Positions 1 to 5,271 of a stretch of 6,148 nt of DNA are shown one piece after another. The stretch is from a virus. The notes beneath the pieces are model-generated. The model saw only the letters and a list, made by a program, of their open reading frames with translations, was not told the origin of the DNA and made no database searches. The stretch spans positions 1-6,148 of the IMG/VR virus record IMGVR_UViG_3300045988_034039. One strand, 5' to 3'. The first letter of the stretch is position 1. Each line of letters begins with the position of its first letter. Both the position numbers and the translations under genes were made by a program.

Positions 1-55
1 TGCTTCTTCCAGGCGTTGTTTTTGATTCTTCGCTGAGTTGTATTCTGCCGTCATT
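1..55. repeat. Terminal direct overlap: nt 1-55 are identical to nt 6094-6148. This is the signature of a circular genome linearised with redundancy.
   Basis: By direct comparison both copies read tgcttcttccaggcgttgtttttgattcttcgctgagttgtattctgccgtcatt. The overlap lies inside one continuous reading frame (VP2). Confidence 0.95.
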
Positions 56-294
56 CCGAAGTATTCGTTTTGTCGCTGTTGATTTCTCTGCGCCATCTCT
101 TCATTGAGCTTCGCCTGGTAGTCCATGTTTTCTAGCTCATATCCGTGTTGTTTTTCCATCAGTTTTTTTTGGTCGTGATAATCTATTCCTCCTCCGCCTC
201 CGAATAGTCCACTTACAAAACTTCCTACTCCGCTTGCTAATCCTCCTGTAGCGGCATCTCCAATCATTCCTAATGCATTCTTAATAAATCCCAT
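1..294 (-). CDS. VP2: VP2 (DNA pilot / minor capsid protein), N-terminal 98 codons. The gene continues across the circular junction into 5272-6093, giving about 371 aa in total.
   Basis: ATG at 294-292, with an in-frame upstream stop at 309-307. My translation is MGFIKNALGMIGDAATGGLASGVGSFVSGLFGGGGGIDYHDQKKLMEKQHGYELENMDYQAKLNEEMAQRNQQRQNEYFGMTAEYNSAKNQKQRLEEA. Its last 18 residues equal the start of the 5272-6147 ORF in the track. The N-terminus is Gly-rich, as is typical of microvirus pilot proteins. Confidence 0.85.
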   Translation of the reverse strand, partial: MGFIKNALGMIGDAATGGLASGVGSFVSGLFGGGGGIDYHDQKKLMEKQHGYELENMDYQAKLNEEMAQRNQQRQNEYFGMTAEYNSAKNQKQRLEEA

Positions 295-503
295 AATAAT
301 AAGTTTTTACATTGATTTCGCTCTTTTTAAAAGAGCTCCACATTATAACTAGATAATATATGCTACGTGCGTACCACCCTCTTTAAAGAGGATTTCGCGG
401 TAAACTTATTGGACAATCTATGCCGTGCGTCCCCGCGAAATCTTTGGTCTTAATGGTCGTTCACTTCATACGTATGAACTTCGTTCACTAAAGTGGTAAC
501 ATG
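295..503. promoter_or_regulatory. Non-coding region dense in repeats and palindromes, between the 112-aa ORF and VP2. It is a candidate replication origin or regulatory region.
   Basis: No ORF on the coding strand. Palindromes lie at 320-336, 378-391 and 465-478. A 10-bp stem pairs 391-400 with 433-442. Direct repeats lie at 355-375/415-432 and 457-465/481-489. Confidence 0.5.
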
Positions 504-842
504 CTAATTAAGTTCGTTCTTCGACTCAATTGCACCGTTGGCTACGGCTTTTTTCGCTTCTTCGTCGATACTCTTCTTAGCTTCGCGCATACCTCCTAGT
601 TCTGATATCCTACCTCTTGTTCGGTTAACTTTCTCCATTGCATCTAAGGCAATGTCCCACTTGTCTGTACGGATGTCGTATGCTGCTATTACTCCGTCTT
701 TTCTTGGTGTATAGATTAATGGCGCGCTGTCTCCGATAGGTTCGTTGTTTTGCGTCATTCTGTCAATTTTTAATTCGAGCCTTTCACCCTCTACTAGCGC
801 TGTTCCTAATTTGCTTCTGTAATTAATTCCTACTTTTTTCAT
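504..842 (-). CDS. Hypothetical 112-aa protein directly downstream of the capsid gene. It may be a scaffolding or assembly protein, judged by position only.
   Basis: ATG at 842-840, 11 nt after the VP1 stop codon, and TAG stop at 506-504. It is on the same strand as all the other genes. The sequence looks like a normal globular protein with a charged C-terminal tail. I do not securely recognise a family. Confidence 0.6.
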   Translation of the reverse strand: MKKVGINYRSKLGTALVEGERLELKIDRMTQNNEPIGDSAPLIYTPRKDGVIAAYDIRTDKWDIALDAMEKVNRTRGRISELGGMREAKKSIDEEAKKAVANGAIESKNELN

Positions 843-853
843 GTTATAAAATA

Positions 854-2854
854 TTAAAGTGTTGGCATTACTTTGGCACTCATCACGATTCGTGCTTCGA
901 TATCAAATCCGATTTGAACCCAAAAGTTCATTGATTGTAAGTCCGTATCTGCGAATACGTAGTTATACGCTTGCGGGTCAATGTATGTTGAGTTGTTCAG
1001 CTTCGGTGTATTTCCTTCCCATTCTGTTTGATAGATTCTGTTTAACACCATAAATGACTCTGACTCTCCTACAGCGAAGTTTCCGTATGTCTTGTTATAA
1101 CTAGTCATGTAATCAATCCATGCTGGCTGTTTACCTACGCTATACTCTTGTAACACTCCATTACTGTACACAATCTGTTCTGCGTCCATTTTCCATGTAA
1201 GCAAATCTTGAAACCCGATTTGATCAAGTTGTGGTTTGTGAATTTGGTCGAGATTGTCTAACATAATGTCAAAATCATTCCCTTGTGAATAGTCAACTCT
1301 TGGCGTGATACTGCATATACCAATTAGGTAACACGGCTCTGTAACTTTTACAGTGATGTCTCCACCTTTCTTCCCTGTGTTAATTCCTCGTCCTGCTAGT
1401 GTTCCTAGTGGTTCATCCTCGGCTGCACTATTACTTACAACTTCCTGGAATTGAATCTCGCTAGACATACCCCCTTGATATTCGGGAATTTCGCTTCTAC
1501 TTACGTAGTCGGTTGTATATACTGTTTCAATCCAATCATTATAAGTACCCCCACTGATTGCGATTCGGTTGAGCATATTGTATACTTTTTTCGCTAAGAT
1601 TAGTGTATCTAATTCCAGCTTTCCGTCTGATACGTCCACTGCTGTAATTGCGTTGATTCCGTTTTCCCCGTCAATCCATTCTGTATTAATCCAATTGTTA
1701 AATATGTCGGACTGGTAAGTCTTAATCGCTAGTCCTACTTGTGGATATGCGCTGTAAAACTCTCTTCCTAAATTGATTAAGTCTTTTAAGTACTTTTGCG
1801 TCAGGTTTCCTTTGCCTTTCTCATATTGAATTAGTCCCTCTTGGTTTCCTAACGACAGTATTTCCTCTCTAGTTTTGTCGATTTGTTCAAGTTCGTACTT
1901 ATTCAACGTGATACTTCCTGATGTTTTGACACCTGTTAATCTAATATTCCTATATTCGGGTTTGTCATGCCAATTAACTGGGATACTCCATACCTTGTTT
2001 GTATATGACATCGCTGCATTCTTTGCCATTTGCTTTGCTGTAATCTCGAATGTCCCTATTACTGTAGTTGAGTCTGACATATATTCACCTACTAGTATTA
2101 ACTGATTAATATCTCCGGTGCTTGGGAATATTGTGTCTGCTATTTCGATTATATACCTTACGAGCCCGTTTTCTGCGTAGTATAGGTTCATGAAACTACT
2201 GTCCACTAATTCCCACTCTTCACTTGTTGCCAGTTTTGCCATCACCCTGATTGGCGATTTAGTTGTATTTGGTTTTTGAACTTCTGTTATATCCCCTACT
2301 CCAATTGCGTAGAATTCTTCTTCTTGTTTATTTGCATAGTAGTTTTTAAAGATGTCATAATATGCGATCGCGGGAATGGCATTAAATTTATGCACAAAAT
2401 CTAGCGAATCTGAGAGTTCTCGACCCTTGTTTCTAAACCCTAGATAAGCTAATAGGCTACTGCTGCTCCATGGAGTTTTAGAACTATCTTTCCCTAATGT
2501 TATGGCAAACTTCGGAAATTTCACCTTAGCCATATCAAGTCCTACGTTTAACGCGTTATTGTGAAGGAGTGCATTGTATAGTCTGATAGGCACGGTAAAG
2601 ATATCCATCTGAAACTTATAACTCCCGAATAGAGGCCCTACGGTAGGATGTGTTAGAATGTGACTGTTTGCTTTAATCTTGTATGTTGTACCTGGTGTTG
2701 CTAAGATTTTCATGCAAGGCACCAGTGTCCCTGGCGCTTGCGTGTTTCTCCAGATGTATGAGAGATTGTGTGTGCTTCTCTCATAGTCATGCATAGCGAC
2801 TTTCATCTTATTGTTATCGCCCAGCGTGTTTTTCCCGATAGTTTTTTTAACCAT
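854..2854 (-). CDS. VP1: Major capsid protein VP1 (Microviridae F-protein family), 666 aa.
   Basis: It is the longest ORF. The N-terminal region (...HDYERSTHNLSYIWRNTQAPGTLVPCMKILATPGTTYKI...) matches the conserved pattern at the start of microvirus capsid proteins: S-H-x-L-S, then G-x-L-x-P, then P-G-(D/T). Its size fits the large-capsid (Alpavirinae-like) lineages. Confidence 0.93.
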   Translation of the reverse strand: MVKKTIGKNTLGDNNKMKVAMHDYERSTHNLSYIWRNTQAPGTLVPCMKILATPGTTYKIKANSHILTHPTVGPLFGSYKFQMDIFTVPIRLYNALLHNNALNVGLDMAKVKFPKFAITLGKDSSKTPWSSSSLLAYLGFRNKGRELSDSLDFVHKFNAIPAIAYYDIFKNYYANKQEEEFYAIGVGDITEVQKPNTTKSPIRVMAKLATSEEWELVDSSFMNLYYAENGLVRYIIEIADTIFPSTGDINQLILVGEYMSDSTTVIGTFEITAKQMAKNAAMSYTNKVWSIPVNWHDKPEYRNIRLTGVKTSGSITLNKYELEQIDKTREEILSLGNQEGLIQYEKGKGNLTQKYLKDLINLGREFYSAYPQVGLAIKTYQSDIFNNWINTEWIDGENGINAITAVDVSDGKLELDTLILAKKVYNMLNRIAISGGTYNDWIETVYTTDYVSRSEIPEYQGGMSSEIQFQEVVSNSAAEDEPLGTLAGRGINTGKKGGDITVKVTEPCYLIGICSITPRVDYSQGNDFDIMLDNLDQIHKPQLDQIGFQDLLTWKMDAEQIVYSNGVLQEYSVGKQPAWIDYMTSYNKTYGNFAVGESESFMVLNRIYQTEWEGNTPKLNNSTYIDPQAYNYVFADTDLQSMNFWVQIGFDIEARIVMSAKVMPTL

Positions 2855-2862
2855 AGTCTTAC

Positions 2863-3099
2863 TTATTTATTATTTAACATTTCGTTTACTTTTTTTTCTG
2901 CGATATGTTCGCTTAGTTGTCCTACAATGGTCACTAACATGTCCCAATCTATCATGTTTGTAATGTAGTCTTCTGCATTTTCTTTTGTTTTGAATTCCAC
3001 TTTTGATGCGCGATATTTTCCGCACACAATTACGAATTTTTCCTCTTCGTTTACTTTTGTTTTTTCGATTCTGAATAGGTTCATTCCGTTTCTTTCCAT
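2863..3099 (-). CDS. Hypothetical 78-aa protein.
   Basis: ATG at 3099-3097 and TAA stop at 2865-2863. It lies 5 nt after the preceding ORF and 8 nt before the VP1 start. Residue composition looks like a real protein. No family recognised. Confidence 0.55.
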   Translation of the reverse strand: MERNGMNLFRIEKTKVNEEEKFVIVCGKYRASKVEFKTKENAEDYITNMIDWDMLVTIVGQLSEHIAEKKVNEMLNNK

Positions 3100-3104
3100 A
3101 ATTT

Positions 3105-3299
3105 TTACTTATTAAAATAGTTGTTAAATTTTGTGCTATCCACACTAGTACTGTTTTCTTGTCTTTGTTCAAAAGTTCCGTTATTATTTTTCGCGATGCT
3201 CATACTCATCGTACACGCCTGTAAAAACAGGATGCTTAGTACTGTGGTGATAAATGTAACCACCGCTGTAATTAATTTTTCTTTCTGTTCTTTAGTCAT
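3105..3299 (-). CDS. Small 64-aa membrane protein or putative lipoprotein.
   Basis: MTKEQKEK (charged n-region), then LITAVVTFITTVLSILFL (hydrophobic core), then a lipobox-like L-Q-A-C with Cys29 encoded at 3215-3213, then a polar Asn/Ser/Thr-rich tail. The start overlaps the upstream stop by 8 nt (ATGACTAA). Confidence 0.55.
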   Translation of the reverse strand: MTKEQKEKLITAVVTFITTVLSILFLQACTMSMSIAKNNNGTFEQRQENSTSVDSTKFNNYFNK

Positions 3300-3483
3300 A
3301 AAAGTAAGTATTTATGTTAATAATTTTGTATTTCTTTTTGTTAATTATTTTTTTGATTGCTGCCATACATTCCCATCTTATTTCAGACTCTAATTCTCTC
3401 TGTGAGACAATTACCTCTGCTTCTATTGATTTGACAACTCCCGTTTCCTTGTCGGCTATCACCGCTATTGTTTTATTCCTCAT
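3292..3483 (-). CDS. Hypothetical 63-aa protein.
   Basis: ATG at 3483-3481, 4 nt after the upstream TGA stop. TAA stop at 3294-3292, overlapping the next start. No family recognised. Confidence 0.5.
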   Translation of the reverse strand: MRNKTIAVIADKETGVVKSIEAEVIVSQRELESEIRWECMAAIKKIINKKKYKIININTYFYD

Positions 3484-3487
3484 ATTA

Positions 3488-3706
3488 TCATTCGGGTTCG
3501 TGGATTAAATAGATATATTGTTTTTCGTTTGAAGAGCCTGGTTTTATAATTAGCGTGTAATCATATAGTTTTGTTTTCCATCCTCTTTTCTTGTACTCTT
3601 CTGCAATTGTTTTTAAACTTTTTTTGCAGTCTCTAATTCTTCCTTCGTAGACTGATTGAGCTTTATCCCAGTTGTCTATTCTTAATACGCTATAAATCTT
3701 GTTCAT
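3488..3706 (-). CDS. Hypothetical 72-aa protein.
   Basis: ATG at 3706-3704, separated by 1 nt from the upstream TAA stop (TAATATG), and TGA stop at 3490-3488. No family recognised. Confidence 0.5.
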   Translation of the reverse strand: MNKIYSVLRIDNWDKAQSVYEGRIRDCKKSLKTIAEEYKKRGWKTKLYDYTLIIKPGSSNEKQYIYLIHEPE

Positions 3707-3707
3707 A

Positions 3708-3920
3708 TTATTTAATTATATTGATTTCACAATGTCTGTACCAATAATACCCGAACAGTGTTTCTAATATCTCGTACTGTTCGCAGCTTAGATTTGGGCT
3801 TAATGCAAGTAAGTTGAACCTTTTCTTTAATAAATCCTCATCTTCTTTTTTTAAATTCACCTTGAGTATTAACTTGTAATCTTTGTTTTCTTTGTTTTCT
3901 ATTACTATTTCTTTTTCCAT
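3708..3920 (-). CDS. Hypothetical 70-aa protein, first gene of the small-ORF cassette.
   Basis: ATG at 3920-3918, preceded by an A-rich leader and a promoter-like motif. TAA stop at 3710-3708. No family recognised. Confidence 0.5.
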   Translation of the reverse strand: MEKEIVIENKENKDYKLILKVNLKKEDEDLLKKRFNLLALSPNLSCEQYEILETLFGYYWYRHCEINIIK

Positions 3921-3969
3921 AATTGTAAATTTTTTGTTTTTTAATGGTGTTTATCTCTTTCTCACACCA

Positions 3970-4001
3970 CAAAGATAATACAAAAATATAAGCCAACCAA
4001 A
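3970..4001 (-). promoter_or_regulatory. Candidate Bacteroidota-type promoter: -33 TTTG, a 20-nt spacer, then -7 TATCTTTG.
   Basis: On the minus strand TTTG lies at 4001-3998 and TATCTTTG at 3977-3970. This fits the Bacteroides consensus TTTG-N19-21-TAnnTTTG. A second -7-like box, TATTTTTG, lies at 3988-3981. The site is in a ~25% GC gap about 50 nt upstream of the ATG at 3920. Confidence 0.35.
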
Positions 4002-4060
4002 TAAATGACTGACTTTAACACTTCTTTAACATTTCTCCATCAGCATTGCTAATAAAAAAT

Positions 4061-4265
4061 GAGAGAAGGGGTCGGTTTGGTTCTTTGCCGAGACAAAGAA
4101 CAGCCTGATACTATTACACGTCTCGACCGGGTCGAGCGTGCCCGAGTGACGAGTTGGGAGAACGAGGAACGGCCGAACGAAGTGAGGAGAGTAATGAGTT
4201 GCGAAGCAACACCTTCATGTCTGTTGAGTACAGCGAGCATCTCGAGTATGGCGAGCCTTCGTTCG
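4061..4265. other. GC-rich multi-hairpin non-coding element immediately 3' of the VP4 stop codon. Its function is unknown; it could be a structured ssDNA origin or a structured RNA.
   Basis: My hand count gives 111 G+C in 205 nt (54%), against 40 in 160 (25%) for 3901-4060 and about 35% in a nearby coding sample. At least seven stems are present; coordinates are in the findings. The only ORFs here are a TTG-initiated one and antisense ones. Confidence 0.6.
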
Positions 4266-5270
4266 TCAGAACGGACAACACCCAATTTCGTAGTTGTTTA
4301 TTCTCTCTGCTGTTTGTCTGTCGATATATTCATTCATATTCCTTCGTTTTCTGTACATACTTCGCTGTTTTTCCAGTCTTCGCCAATATTGTTTCTCCTT
4401 CCATAGAGCTATATTGTCTCCGTGTATCTGTTTTGCTTGTTCTCTGTAGTAGCTTAGGAGGTTCTTGTATTCATCTGAATCTATCTTGCACTTTTCCCCC
4501 ATCACCCATGTATCACCCTTGTCTAATTTCTGTAGCCATAGTAATTCTTTTTCTTCTTCACTATAAATTTTGTCTCGGTAATATCTTGGCATCATTGCTC
4601 TAGTACCATTCTTAAAAACGTAGTATTCTCTTGTGTTTTTTCCATTGTATCTATTGAATTTCCAGTCTCCGCGCTCGAAGTATTGTTTCCCCATTCCTGC
4701 ACTTGTTAACACTTTCCCTGTAAATTCTCTATTGTTTAAGTCATCCTTTAGCATGTACTTACTGATGTAATTAATTGTTTTTTCGTTTACAAAATTACCG
4801 ATGAATACATACCCATATTTCCATTTTTCAATTACCAGTTCCGCTGCTTGGTTTCCGAAGAATATCCCATGTAAATGTATTCTTCCTCTATCTTCTCCTA
4901 GCTCGGTTACGCACCAGTGTTTTAGTGACTTCCCTGTTTTTTTTCTGCATCGCTCTAGAAACTTTCTCAGTGCTAGTGTTGCTATATTGTTTTCGTTTCC
5001 TTTAACTGATTTTACTTCTAGTTCGTTTTTCAACAATTCTAAATTCTCATCGTCAATTGTTAATGTTACGAAATAGCTCTTGTTGTGTCTGATTTCTTCT
5101 GCTAGTCTGATTCTCCATTCTCTGGCTTTCTTTTTTCTACACTCGTAGCACTTCCCGCATGCTACCGGTACATAATTCAGTCTTGCATCATGTGGAGAGG
5201 GTTTGTAGTACCCTCTCTTCTTAGATGTCCTGTACTTAGGATTTGGTATTAATCTTGGATATAAACACAT
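4266..5270 (-). CDS. VP4: Replication initiation protein VP4 (HUH rolling-circle endonuclease, phiX174 gpA-like), 334 aa.
   Basis: Motif 1 is FVTLT (nt 5072-5058). Motif 2 (HUH) is RIHLHGIFF, with H-L-H at 4877-4869. Motif 3 is NYISKYMLKD, with two Tyr spaced Y-x3-Y at 4769-4755. The N-terminus MCLYPRLIPNPKY and a CGKCYEC cysteine cluster are typical of gut microvirus VP4. The ATG lies 1 nt after the VP2 stop. Confidence 0.92.
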   Translation of the reverse strand: MCLYPRLIPNPKYRTSKKRGYYKPSPHDARLNYVPVACGKCYECRKKKAREWRIRLAEEIRHNKSYFVTLTIDDENLELLKNELEVKSVKGNENNIATLALRKFLERCRKKTGKSLKHWCVTELGEDRGRIHLHGIFFGNQAAELVIEKWKYGYVFIGNFVNEKTINYISKYMLKDDLNNREFTGKVLTSAGMGKQYFERGDWKFNRYNGKNTREYYVFKNGTRAMMPRYYRDKIYSEEEKELLWLQKLDKGDTWVMGEKCKIDSDEYKNLLSYYREQAKQIHGDNIALWKEKQYWRRLEKQRSMYRKRRNMNEYIDRQTAERINNYEIGCCPF

Positions 5271-5271
5271 A

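Noticed and set aside
1-55. The terminal 55-nt repeat as a biological direct terminal repeat or LTR-like element.
   Set aside because: It falls in the middle of the VP2 reading frame, and joining the ends restores a single intact gene. This is the expected result of linearising a circular genome (assembly overlap), not a packaging repeat.
4031-4044. Hammerhead-ribozyme-like core on the minus strand (GCUGAUGGAGAAAU).
   Set aside because: The conserved CUGAnGA box is broken (CUGAUGG has G where the invariant A is required). I could not find flanking helices I-III or a proper GAAA/cleavage-site arrangement.
4051-4101. A rho-independent terminator after VP4: the 8-bp hairpin at 4080-4101 and the U-run AUUUUUUAUU (4060-4051) on the minus strand.
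   Set aside because: The U-tract lies about 20 nt downstream of the stem rather than directly abutting it, so it does not fit an intrinsic terminator. Bacteroidota terminators are also poorly described by this model. It is kept only as part of the structured element.
4203-4268. Possible stop-codon readthrough or recoding of the VP4 TGA, as with TGA=Trp in Spiroplasma microviruses or recoded gut phages.
   Set aside because: The in-frame extension hits another TGA after about 20 codons. TGA, TAG and TAA all terminate other well-delimited genes in this genome (the 72-aa ORF uses TGA, the 112-aa ORF TAG, VP1 and VP2 TAA). The standard code fits.
4049-4285. A 78-aa minus-strand ORF (MGVVRSDERRLAILEML...) covering the GC-rich element.
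   Set aside because: Its start codon is TTG (reverse complement of 4283-4285), not ATG, and it lies inside the 3' end of VP4. Its composition is unlike every other gene here, and the Arg/Ser-rich product looks like a translated GC-rich structured sequence. The stem architecture explains the region better. It would need conservation of the frame in relatives to be revived.
4059-4603. Plus-strand ORFs of 115 aa (4059-4406) and 149 aa (4154-4603).
   Set aside because: Both run antisense through the well-supported VP4 gene. Their products are low-complexity Ser/Leu/Cys/Phe-rich strings, typical of reading a purine-rich coding strand backwards. No other gene is on this strand.
4782-4789. An additional TAnnTTTG (-7-like) match, TAATTTTG, on the minus strand inside VP4.
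   Set aside because: It is a single 8-mer inside a coding region of an AT-rich genome, and I found no properly spaced -33 TTTG. It most likely occurs by chance.
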